Made by a program: the position numbers and the translations under genes. From NCBI GenBank assembly GCA_048213135.1, contig PS015072.1, positions 259,403 through 304,913 on the forward strand: a DNA stretch of 45,511 bases, written 5' to 3'. This document shows, piece after piece, positions 30,601-42,157 of the stretch (positions are counted from its first letter, which is position 1; every line of letters begins with the position of its first letter). The stretch is from Reclinomonas americana ATCC 50394. Its lineage: Eukaryota. Below the pieces are notes generated by a model. That model did no database searches. It had not been told where the DNA came from and worked only from the letters and a program-made list of their open reading frames with translations.

Positions 30601-33033
30601 GACAAGGAAGACAAGAGTGAGAAAAGTAAGAACCATAGAGAGAGGGAACGAGCAGGAGCAAGCATGGCGCAGAACGAGTCATTAACGTTGGCAATGCTTG
30701 CGTAACTTTGAGACAGGCAAAGAGAAAGCGGTGAGACCTAACCTGCGACTTCCTGGTGCTCACTGTGTGCGCGCGATTGCAGGGAGTGATCAGCACGAAT
30801 CCACGAGTGCGGCAGGAGTGGGCTCACAGGTAAAGTGATGATAATGAGAGATGGCACCCTCTTTCTTAACGCTCTACGCCCTCTGTGTCTCTTCACCTGT
30901 CTCTTGCCTCCACTGCGCTCTCTTTCACACTCTACCCTCTCTGTGTCTCGCCCTCTCCCTCTCCCTCTCTCTTTCTATCTCTCTTGCCCTAGCCTCTCTG
31001 TGTCTCGTCCTTTTTCCTCCGTGCACTCACTTTCCCCCTATCTCACGCAGCGGCTGGCGCCTTCACTCGCTCGTCTCCGAGGACATTCGTCTCAGCACGC
31101 TGCCGAACGACCCGCCAACCCCGCCGTTCGTCTCCCTCATCGATGGCTTCTTTGCCACGGCGAATGCGGCGCACGTAAGCAAGTACGGCATTGGTGCCAT
31201 TCTGCGTGGTCTCTCCACCCGCAAGGCGCAGGAGCGTGACACAAAGGCACGTGGGGGGGTTTCCCCTTTGGAAAGGGCAATATGTGGGTAGTCTTCACTG
31301 AACCGTCGTGCTGCAGGTCGTGGATGCTCTGCGCAACCTGAGCAAGTGCAGCCCCGACTACAACCTCATGTTTGACTTGGCGGCATTCAACATTCAGCGC
31401 GGCCGCGATCATGGTGCGTGCATGAAGGAAGAGAGAGAATGCGGTGAGCTCGCGCACTCACATTCTTCCTTTGCGCAGGCGTCGCCTCGTGGTACACCGC
31501 GGCCATCAAGTTCTCGCTGGCGCCGACCACACGCCCTCCGACCTATGTGGATGTCACGGGCGAGGTACCGCGTGTGTGCACGACGAGTGCGCAATGCCCC
31601 GCCGGCACCACCTGCAACGCCGGCGTGTGCTCCTGCAATGTGGACACTGATTGCCAGCCGGGCAACCAGGGTCAGTGTGTGAATGGCGTGTGCACGACGC
31701 CGTGGGCGGATCTGCTGCGAAAGGCGTATGGCACGACCACGGATGCTAATGGTGAGGGAAAGGGGAGGGAAGGGAAGGGAGAACGAAGAGAGAAGGGGGA
31801 GGGAGGAGAGAGCGCAGTCGTGGCGGAGAGACGAGGAAGAAGGGTGCAGTTGTTTCATTCAGTGCTGTTGTCAGCAGACATGCATCCTCCCTCACTTGCT
31901 TTCTCTATCTGTTTCTCTCTCTGCTTCTCCCTGTCATATTCTCATTTTTCTCTTTCTCTGTCTCTCTCTTTCTCTTTCGCTCTCCTTTCCTTGCCTCTTT
32001 TCTCTCCTACTGTCTGTTTTCCCTCTATTTGTTCTCTCTTTTTTCAGTTTTCTATCTCTATTCGTTTCTCTGTCTCTGTTTCTCTCATTCTGTGTCGCGT
32101 CTTCTCTCCCGTTTTCTCTCACTCTAGCTCTCTGTCTCTTCATCTCTTTCTCACTCTCTTTCTCTCTTTGTCTCTTGTTCTCTCTTTCTATGCCATTCTG
32201 TGCCTCTTTTCTGTCTCTCTCTCTCTCTCTCTCTGTCATTCTCGCTCATTGACTCATTTTCTCTCTCTTCTGCCTCAGGATCTCTGTCGCTCTCTTTCTC
32301 TCTCTGCTTCTCTCTCCCCTTCTCTGCCTATTTTCTCTCTCTGTCCCTGTCTCTTCTCTCTCCCTTTCTCTGTTCCTCCTCTCTCGCTTCTGTCTCTTGT
32401 CTCTCTCTTTTTCATATCCCTCTTTCTCTCATTTCTCTCTCACCTTCTCGCTCTCTCTCTCTCTCTCTCTGGTTCTCTCTGCTTCTCTCTCCCCTTCTCT
32501 ACCTATTTTCTCTCTCTGTCCCTGTCTAGCTTTTTCTCTCTCTGTTACTTTCTCTCTCTATTTATCTTTTTCTCTCTCTGTTGCTGTCTCTAATTTTTCT
32601 CCTTCTCTTCCTCTTTTGTCCCTCTCTCGCCTTCCCTCCCTTTCCCTTTTCTCACTTCCCTCTCCATCTCAGGCAACGTGATCGACGCCGCCGACCGAGT
32701 GGATCTGTGGACGGGCATCATGGCGGAGGCCCCGTACGCCGGTCGCCGCACGCCGTTCGGCCGCACTCAGTACTGGATGCTTGACACGCAGTTCCGCGAG
32801 ATCCGCGATGGCGATCGTTACTTCTTCCTCGGTGAGTATCGCTGTATTCAACATGCACAGCCTGCGGATGATGGTGTGCACTCAATCGCTGTTTGTTTTC
32901 AGCCCCTGGCGCGTACTCGGCGGCCGAGCTGGATTGGATCAACTCGCGCTCGCTGTCCAAGATCATCGCCTCGAATCTCTCCAACTGCTCCGGCGCCGCG
33001 TGCGCCATCCCCGACGATGTGTTCCAGATGTAA
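25457..33033 (+). CDS. Secreted animal-type heme peroxidase (peroxidase-cyclooxygenase superfamily) with N-terminal FN3-like repeats, 18 exons
   Basis: In-frame exons: 25457-25539, 25614-25721, 25806-25956, 26031-27222, 28388-28413, 28567-28589, 28671-28677, 28739-28885, 28948-28999, 29060-29299, 29355-29546, 30223-30284, 30783-30829, 31051-31246, 31317-31413, 31479-31751, 32673-32831, 32903-33033. Motifs: FRHIDGTCN, FGQFIAHD, THYVDASTVYGS, GDIRAND, LHTLFLREHNRIA, WRLHS, DLAAFNIQRGRDHG, VDLWTG, QFREIRDGDRYFF. Confidence 0.92.
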
Positions 33034-33112
33034 GATACCGCAGGCTGCTGGACCACTCGTGTTTGCTTTTTCAGTTCTCAGCCACCTTGCCCAACAATTA
33101 ATGAAGATGTGG

Positions 33113-33300
33113 AAGGTGAGAAGGCTGAGAAGGGTGGAGTGGAGAGTTGATTGTCGGCAGAGCTGGAGTGGTTTGAGAAGGACTGAGGACGACAGAGAAC
33201 ATGCGCGCTTTTGTCACTCTACAAAGGTGAGAAAGCTGAGAAGGGTGGAGTGGAGTTGACTGTTGTAAGAGCTCAAGTGGTTGAGGATGACAGAGAGCAT
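33113..33300. repeat. Diverged ~110 bp tandem duplication downstream of the peroxidase stop
   Basis: AAGGTGAGAA(G/A)GCTGAGAAGGGTGGAGTGGAG at about 33113 and 33223. Confidence 0.75.
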
Positions 33301-33795
33301 GCACCGTCGCTTGCTGCGGCTGAATGTCAATGAGACAATGTGAGAGAGCTGACAGGAGGGAGGACCGCAAAGAACAGCAACTGTGCATCAGAGAGGGACG
33401 AAAAATCTAGAGGAAGAGGACTGCAAAAAACAAACCACTTTCCCAAGCGCTGCATGTCAGTCAGCTCTTTATTAGAAAACGAAGCAGTTTACCGCGCGGA
33501 GAACTTGTCACTCGCTGAAAGCGCAGCTGACTGTCAACGGAAAGGAAAGGGACAACACTGTGTACCACTGCAAGTGCTGCACCCGCCACTGGTTTCAGAG
33601 AGGGGATGAATGAAGGAGGACGCACAGCTACTCCTCCCAGTACTCGTCTGTCCTTTTCTCTCTCCCCTTCCCCTCACCCTCCCCCCCTTCTCCTCAACAC
33701 ATAAACAGGTACAACAACGTTTAATTCCACCACATTCCCAACAACAAAAAAGTCAACAACACCTACAAACACTATTCTTCGATTGGCCAAGCGCG

Positions 33796-36700
33796 TCACG
33801 CACTCTCCTCACGCGCGCGCAACTTGACATACAGAATGGCATCACGCAGTTCTGCGTGAGCGAGTCTCCTCTTCCTCTCCACCCACAGACCCACACGATC
33901 CTCGGTGCCGTCGGGGCACGTGCGCAGCAGGTCAAAGCCGGGAGCCGCCAGCTCACCGGCCGCCTCCGCCGCCACCCACTCAAAGAGCGTTTGCACGCGG
34001 TCGTTCAGGCTGAATGTGTTGTACAACTCGCGCCCGCTCGGCAGCACAAACGTCAGCCGCATGCGCTTCTTCACTAGCGAGTGGTCGGACTGGTCGGCCA
34101 TGCCGCGGAACATGCGACGAATCACCGACTCGGGTGTCAACAGCCAGGCTGTGTGAGGAGAAAGGAGAGAGAGAGATATGAGCAACTCCTCGCGCCAACG
34201 CCTGTCTCCCCCTTTCCCTTCATCGCAACTTCTGTAATCCGCCAGCACCGTCGGCAGCGAGTCGGGCGCCGTGAGACTGCACAGCGCTTGCGGGTCGCGC
34301 AGCGAGAGCAGCGTGCAAAAGTCGCTCAGATAGAGCGCCATGAGGTGGATCTCGGTCATGGTGATCGGTCTCTTGGGGCCGACCTCCGACGGCAACACGA
34401 GAAACTCCTCGCGCTCCAGCCGCTGCGGGCGGAAACCGAGCAGCTTGAGCAACGACACCGTGCCCTCCGGCTGCATGACGAGGTTGGTGACGGTTTCGTT
34501 GTGCAGGCGGAGGCGGCGGTACGTGCGGCTCAGCGGGTACGAGACCACGTTGAAGAGGATGATGGAGAGGGTGCGGAAAATCGCCAGCGCCTGCGCGTTG
34601 GTGGAGCGGCCGCTCATGCCGCGCAGGAGGCGGCGCGAGACAATCGTTTGCGCCTCGTCAATGACGTGTGCGCGCTGCGGGTCGAGTGCCATCTCGCACA
34701 GCGTTTCCAGCGGCATGTCGAGGGTGTTGAATTCGACGCGGGCGTTGTCCTGCGTGAAGGGGAAGTATGAGGGGAAGGAATAAGGCGAGGGGCAGGAGAG
34801 AGAGAGAGAAAGGCAAGGGAGAATGGGTAGGAAAGGGTGGGAAAGGATGGGAAAGGATGGGAAAGGGTGGAAAGTATGGAGAAGGGCGGAATAGGAGGAA
34901 TGGGGAGTGAGTAAATGGAGGAAATGGAGTGGCGAGAGAGACGACAGAAAGGAAGACGGGAAAGTGGACTGAGTGAAGAGAGAGTGGGAGTCATCGACAC
35001 ATGGGAGACACGCTTCACGAGATGGAGGGTGCCTGAGTTTGAAAGAAAGGTGTAGTCGGTAAAGAGGAAGATGAATGAGGTTCTTGGATAGCTGTTGAAG
35101 AATTCAGAATGCACGAGCGGAAGTGCGTCCACCACGTTTGACTTGACACGAAACAGACGACAGGTGAACCAGAAAGGAAGATAGGATGAGATGCGTTCCT
35201 CAGAGGAGTCTCCAAGAAGTAACTGCGATGAGAACTCGCACCCATGCCCCGGAAAAAAGGAGAGCACAAGAAGGTAGGCTTGTGAAAGAATGAGTAAGAA
35301 GAAAGACGTAGTAACGAACTGAATGCAGGATACGGTGCAGAGCGAGAGTGGGAAACCTGTTCAGAAACGCAACAGAGGAAGGCTTGCGACCGTCGTACAG
35401 CTTCTCAATCTCTCGTGCAATCTCCCGCGGCCCAGTGTGCTCCTCGCCGAATGATCTGTTCGCAAGCACAGTCAGCACAGTGCTTCACAATTGTCTCACA
35501 GAACACGAAGCGCAACTCAATGAGCGGGTGCAATTTCTGTGAGTGGGAGCACAGCGAGTTAGCGGTTGTGAGGAGAAAGACGACAGCAGGGAGAGGAGGG
35601 GGAAGCATACCCTTCTGGCGGTCTCTGGTGGTCTTGACGCCTCGGGAACAATGATACCAGACGGGCCGGCCAGCTGTGTGTGTGATGCAAGGTGAGCAAC
35701 GGGCTGAAAAGGGCTTGACAATGAGGAGACTCACCGCTCTAGCGCGCACTGCATCCTCGGCCGTGGGTATCGACAAGACAAAGGTTGTGGGATTGCTCTG
35801 TGCTTTGCAGTCAGCATCTTGGTGGATCAGAAAGAGAGGGAGAGTGACAAACCGATGGTGGTGGAGGTGGCGATAACCGCTGTGAGAATTGTGGTGGCGG
35901 CGATCGCACATCGTCGGCAAAGGCAAATGTGCGCTCGTAGGCGGGGGAGCGAGCACGTGCCGCCTCGACAATCATCATGGCCTCGTTTTGTCGAACTGCA
36001 AATAGAAAAGAGTGAGATTGTGTGGAAACACGAAATGTGGAAGCAAGGGAGTACGGAACCTCGCTCCTTGTTGCGCTCTCGTCGGGTGATGCGCTCCAGC
36101 AAGATCTGCTCACGTTGCCATTGCTTCTCCACGCGCACGAACTCGCGATTTCTGTGGAGGAAAGGGGTGAGAAGGAGAAGGGGGAAGGGGGAAGGGGGAA
36201 GGGGGAAGGAAGAGGGGAAGGGGGAAAGGGGGAAGAGGGGAAGGGGTGAGAGGGGGGAAGGGGAAGGGGAAGGGGGAAGGGTGGGAGACGAGTGGGCAAG
36301 ACGAAGTGGGGGAGGAAGAGGGGAAGGGGGAAAGGAGAAGAGACGAGTGGGGAAGACGAGAGAGGGGGAGGACGAGTGGGGGAGGACGAGTGGGGGAGAC
36401 GAGTGGGGGAGACGAGTGGGGGAGGACGAGTGGGGGAGACGAGTGGGGAGAGACGAGTGGGGAGAGACGAGTGGGGAGAGACGAGTGGGGAGAGACGAGT
36501 GGGGAGAGACGAGTGGGGAGAGACGAGTGGGGAGAGACGAGTGGGGGAGAGAGAGCGGGGGAGAGCGAGCGGGGGAGAGCGAGCGGGGGGACGAGAGACT
36601 GGAGGGCAAGAGACGAGATGGGAAAAGAGTAACACATCGCCACAGCTTCTGCAACCTCGCGAAGACTCGCACGGCGAGACGCTTGTGGCGAAGAATTCTA

Positions 36701-38329
36701 CAGCAGAATGGCTGGAACATCGAGTTCAAATGCAAGCAGAACTGATAGGAAACGGAGGCGAGAAACAAAGAGAAGACTCATAATGAAGGAAACAGAGGCG
36801 AGAAACAAACAGACAGCTAATATCCAAGGAACCACGCATATCAGCTTGCAAAAGCGAGCGACTTTCTGTCCACAGACACAGAGACAGACAGACAACACGG
36901 AAAAGAGGGGAAAGGGGAATGTGCAACGAGAATGTCACATTGACCAACGACCAGTCGGAAGAATGCGCACACACGCACACAATACAGGCACCAACGCACA
37001 TGGGACACTCACAAAAAACACACTCTCTCGCTCTTGCACTTCTCACAGAACACACTCTCTTGCTTGCACACAGTCACAGTCTCTGAAAAAAACGCGGACA
37101 TGACAAACACAACAAATCCGACTCTCTCAAACTCACACCCTCACACTCTCACTCACACACTCACACACTCTCAAATACACACAGTCAACGCCTGCATACA
37201 CAACAGCACATAAAGCGATCCAGAACGTGACGAAAACGCGACTAAAATGCGACGATTATCCCTCGCCTTGCGCACCTTTTTCCCCCCGCTTTTTCTCACG
37301 CAACGCTGCCGACCCCAATGCTCTCTCTTTCTCACACGCCCTCACACACTTCCTCCCTCTCTATCTCTCACATATTCTCTCATTTGGTTGACTTCGGACA
37401 ACGGAATCTCCGCATCACAACACAACTGTTTCGCTCGATGACACAAGAACGGCCACAGCGGCAAGCACAGCACTTTGAACAGCGTCGAGCACACATTTGC
37501 ACACGACTACATAAGGCACAGAGTGAGCCACATTTCTCGCCAAACGCATCAAAAGACGAGCAAAGACACAAACCGTCGATGTCTCGCACATGTAGCAGCA
37601 GCAGTAGGCCGCCTCCGGATCCATCCACTCCTTCTCCACCCAGTCCATTGCCTCCTCGACACACTCCACAGCCTCCGCGCCTGCCTCTGCAGCAGACACG
37701 CCCACTGCATCAGCGGCAGTGACTGCGGTCGACGAGGACGCAATCGTCCCATGTGCCACAGTCGTCGCCGCGTCGTCGTCCTCCACCTCGTCCTCCGCGG
37801 GCTCCAGCTGCACACCAGCCGCAACGTCGTCGTCATCCTGTTGTTGTTGTTGCGCCAAGGGTGGACATGGCGCGTGATCATCGTCCTCATCAACGACAAT
37901 CTCCTCGGCGTCGCAGGCCAACACAATGCGCGGTGGCCGATGCAGCGAGATCGACGTGCACGTCGACGACATGGCCGTCGCCGTTAGCGTGCTGTTGTCC
38001 TGACTTGCCTCGTCCTCCTCCTCCTCCACATCATCGCTCGTGTTGTTGCTGCTATTGGCGACTGCGGGTGGCGATCGGTAGTCTTCGGCGTCGAGCAGGT
38101 GCGTGCATGAGGAGGACACGACGAGGCACTCCAGTGACGTGGCCATGGCCATTGTCGTGTTGTGCGCGGCCTCGCTGGAGGGCGCAGAGGAGGACGAGGC
38201 CGAGGTGCACGTCGACGAGGCCGAGTGTTGCAAGTGGAGCAGGTATTGGCGCGGAGGAGGCACTGCGCTGCCTCGCATCCCGTGTCCTCCTAGTCCACTG
38301 CCACTGCCTCCACTGTGGTCGTGCGACAT
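33796..38329 (-). CDS. PUB + UBX domain protein (p97/Cdc48 cofactor-like); 5' exon structure uncertain
   Basis: PUB-like LSIILFNVVSYP..RTYRRLRLHN...LLKLLGF (34430-34580) and C-terminal UBX-like RLTFVLPSGRELYNTFSLNDRVQTLFEWV (33970-34070). Small coding-like exons near 35400-36150 and 36636-36741. Linkage to the acidic ORF starting at 38329 is an inference. Confidence 0.65.
36285..36590. repeat. Intronic minisatellite with a ~14-15 bp unit GACGAGTGGGG(G)AGA
   Basis: More than a dozen adjacent copies visible directly. Confidence 0.9.
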
Positions 38330-39273
38330 CGTGGGGACAACCTTTTAGTCGTTTTTTGCTGCGTGCTGTGCTTGTGTGCGCTCTCTTTCACTCGAAAATC
38401 AGAAATGTCCAGAGTTCGATCGAACGGACAGCGCGGAAGATTAGAGTGGAAACAGGAGACGGTGCATGGAGGGATACAGGGAGGATGAGAAAGGGTGGGA
38501 GAAGGGGAGAGGGAGGGAGAGGAGGAGGGAATGGACTGCAATGTATCCGGCAAGAGAGTTCACGCGCCCGCTGCGTTGATTGGCTTTGCCTTCTGAAAGG
38601 TAAGATGACTGTTGGAGAAGAGTAATTATGTGTTTTGTAGATTGTTGGTGTGCCAAGGTCATTGTCGGCAAGGGATTTGTGGACATTTGTCGCATTATTG
38701 GATTGTGGTGAATGAAGTGTTTTGTTTGTACGAGTTCGTTCGGATTTACTGAAGCGATCTTCAGCTCTCCTGCACACCATGATGAGGAAAAGGGCCGACC
38801 AGGTGACTTGCTCTCCGGGCAGATGAAGACAAGCTTGCAAACCGAGAGGACATCGACATAGGAGGCAAGAGGTTTTTTGCGTAGTTGTCGTATTCCACGT
38901 ATTCAGGCAATAAAAACGTGATGCCAAAGCTGTTGCTTGTTTGTTGGTGAATGAATTTGTTGCTGTTCAACTGTATCCAAAACATTAACACAGACACCAG
39001 TCTTCAGAGCAGCAGCAGGTTTCTTGTGTGTGCGTTCGCTTTCGGAGCTCCGAACAAGTCGAGAACTGCGATCTTCACCATAAAAGCGTGGTTGAACAGT
39101 GGATTTGACGCACTTGCATGTGAAGTCATGCAGACAGCAGTGAGACATGGTCAATCAGAAGTTGCTACCCTCTTTGCATCCAACGACCTGCAACCCTTCC
39201 AATCTTCGCCATAATTACATTACCACCATCCCTCGCACACCATATCACATCACCACCATTCCACTCCACAACC

Positions 39274-39843
39274 TCACGTCGAGTACTCCTGCAGCAACTC
39301 CATGTACCGCCGGAAGCTCATGGACGGCGGCTTGCGCGGAATCTTCGGCAGCTGGAAGTTTCGCAGGGCGCCGCGCTTCCGCATCACCTCAATGAGGCAG
39401 CCGAAGAACGTGGGTTCCTGTGGCTCCTCAATGGGGTCCGGGAGCAGGCTCGGGCGCACGAGCAGGTCGGGAATGAGAGTGACGTCGAGCCCGGAGCTGG
39501 CGTGGCCCTGATGTGGTAAAGGGGGAGGGAAGGGGGAAGGGGGAAGAGGGAAGGGTGTCAAGATCGAAGACGCATGCTTAAAGAATAAGAGGGTGGAGAG
39601 TGTGAGACACTTCGATGTAGTGCGAGCGTTGCGTAATGCTTCTGTTGCCCAATGTTCTCACTGTCACATCACTCTCTCTCCTCTTCGACCTCTTGCGTTC
39701 GCGCATACACGCCAGGAGAAGAGGAAGTCAGATGCTTTCTTTTCTCAGTCGTATGCAACACGAGAGAGAGAGAGAGAGACAGTGCCCTACCAAATGCACA
39801 AACACACAGACATATCTTGCCAGATTGTCTCCCTTCTTCTCCT

Positions 39844-39890
<47 letters not shown>

Positions 39891-41260
39891 CTCTCTTTCT
39901 CTGATCTTCGCGTGCCTACTGGATTATTCGTACAAGAATAAGACAGGCACAAGGATGCAATTGATTTCACACTTGTGCAACACGTGAGTGAGAAACGAAA
40001 TAAGTGCCCATCGTCGCAGCACAGCCACATAAACTCTCTCTCGCCCTTCTTAGATATCATCCTTTTCCCTCTCCTCTCTATCTTTCTCCATTTTCACCCG
40101 CATTCTCATCCTCTCACTCCCCTCATTGCCGTCAACTCAAATTCAACTTTCCTCTCTTCATCCTGCACCCACTCTCCGTCTCTCTGTTTCTTTCCCTTCA
40201 GTACCATTCGTCCAGATGCTCTCAACTCTCTCTTCTTTTCTCCTTCTCTCTCTCTCTCACACTTTCTACGTTCTTCACCCGCATTCTCATCCTCTCACTC
40301 CCCTCATTATCGTCAACTCAAATTCTACTTTCCTCTCTCCATCCTGCACTCACCTGCACTCACTCTCCGTCTACTCTGTTTCTCTCCCATCACTATCATC
40401 CTCGCATATTTTCTCATTCTTTCTCGTCTTCTCATCCTCTTCTTCCACTCACTCTCTCCTCTCTCTTGATTCTTCACCCGCATTCTCAACCTCTCACTTC
40501 CCTCATTACCGTCAACTCAAATTCTACTTTCCTCTCTCCATCCCGCACTCACTCTCTGTCTCTCTCTGTTTCTCTCCCCGCCCATATGCTCTCTCTCTCT
40601 CCCTCTCTCTTCTCTCCCTTTCCCTTTCCCTTTCCCTACCTCCCTCCACGCAACTCTCCCACTCGAACCCCCCGCATGCGCCCGCTCCGCCAACAACACA
40701 TCAATCAGCGCATGCACCGGCTTCACCGGCTTGTCCAAGAAGCACAACTCCCACACGGTGCGCAAGTCGGCCAACAAGGCCGGATCCGGCGACAACCCCT
40801 GCTGCTGCTGCTGCACAAACGACGACTGCTGCTGTTGCTGTTGTTGTGGTTGAAGCGGCGACGGTGGTGGCTGTTGTTGCTGATGTTGTTGCTGCTGGTG
40901 CGGCATCGACACGAACGGCGATGAATCCATGCCCGCCGACGCCACCTTGCGCGACACATAGTCGTCCAGAAACGATCGTGCCGAGGCGACAGTCGGCGGT
41001 GGCTGCTGTTGTTGCTGTTGCTGTTGCTGTTGAATCGGCTGCGCTCGTTGCATTTGCGGTGGCGGCGGGGGAGGCGGAGTCGGCTGCTGTTGCTGCTGTT
41101 TGAACGGCGATTGGGAGAACGGTTGCGAGTCGAGAAACGCGCTCGTGTACGACGGGTGCTCCCGCGCGCGCACGGTTTCTTGCGCGTGCTGGAACATGTA
41201 CGATTGCCGCGTGGGTGACAGCGATGCCGAGTTGCTAAGCGGGGAGGGGGAGAAGTCGCT
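39274..41260 (-). CDS. Hypothetical multi-exon protein with a poly-Gln/Pro region
   Basis: Coding-like exon ~40663-41260 (polyQ, then PALLADLRTVWELCFLDKPVKP) and last exon 39274-39507 (LIPDLLVRP...FFGCLIEVMRKRG...RYMELLQEYST*). Internal and first exons are unresolved. Confidence 0.55.
40093..40550. repeat. Three diverged intronic copies of a ~180-200 bp unit
   Basis: TTCACCCGCATTCTCA.CCTCTCACT.CCCTCATT..CGTCAACTCAAATTC recurs at about 40093, 40274 and 40474. Confidence 0.85.
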
Positions 41261-41915
41261 CTGCGAAGGGAGGGGAAGGGTGAGGGAAGGCGGCGAGGGT
41301 GAGGGAGAGGGAGAGAAAGGGAGAGAAAGAGAGAGAAAATAGAAAGGGCAAGTGGACGAAGGAGAGCGTAGGAATGACGAAGAAAGAGTTAATGTGAGGG
41401 ACAGGAGAGAACAAGGGAGAGTAAGTGACTGTGAATGTGTGCGCACGCGCAAGAGGGCGATGGAGAGTGGAGGAACGAAGAAGAAGAGAGAATGCTGCTC
41501 ACGGAGCAGAAGGCGAGCAGTGAGAGAAGCGCAATGGGGAGGAGGCGAATGCCGGAGCGGATTGCACTTGCAAGTTTCCGCAACAGGAGGAGGATGAGGC
41601 AAAAGAGCGAGAGCGAGTGAGAACGTGCATGAGCGAGTGTATGCGCGAGGGAAAGAGGAGAGTGAGAGCGGTCGGTTTGGTGAGAAATTGGGCCCACCTT
41701 GACTCGCACGGTGGAGATGGCATGTAGAACGGTTGGATACGCATGAGTGGAGAAGGAGAAGGAGAGAAGAGGAGGGAAGAGGACACGACAGAGAGCAAAA
41801 TATGACGGAAAAAGGTCGCGCTTCTCAGAGGTGTGCGCGCGTGTGCGTGAGTGTGTGCGTGTGAGTGCGTGCGAGTCAATAAGAGACCTCATATCTCCGT
41901 CCCCAACTCTCTCTC

Positions 41916-42152
<237 letters not shown>

Positions 42153-42157
42153 CATAG

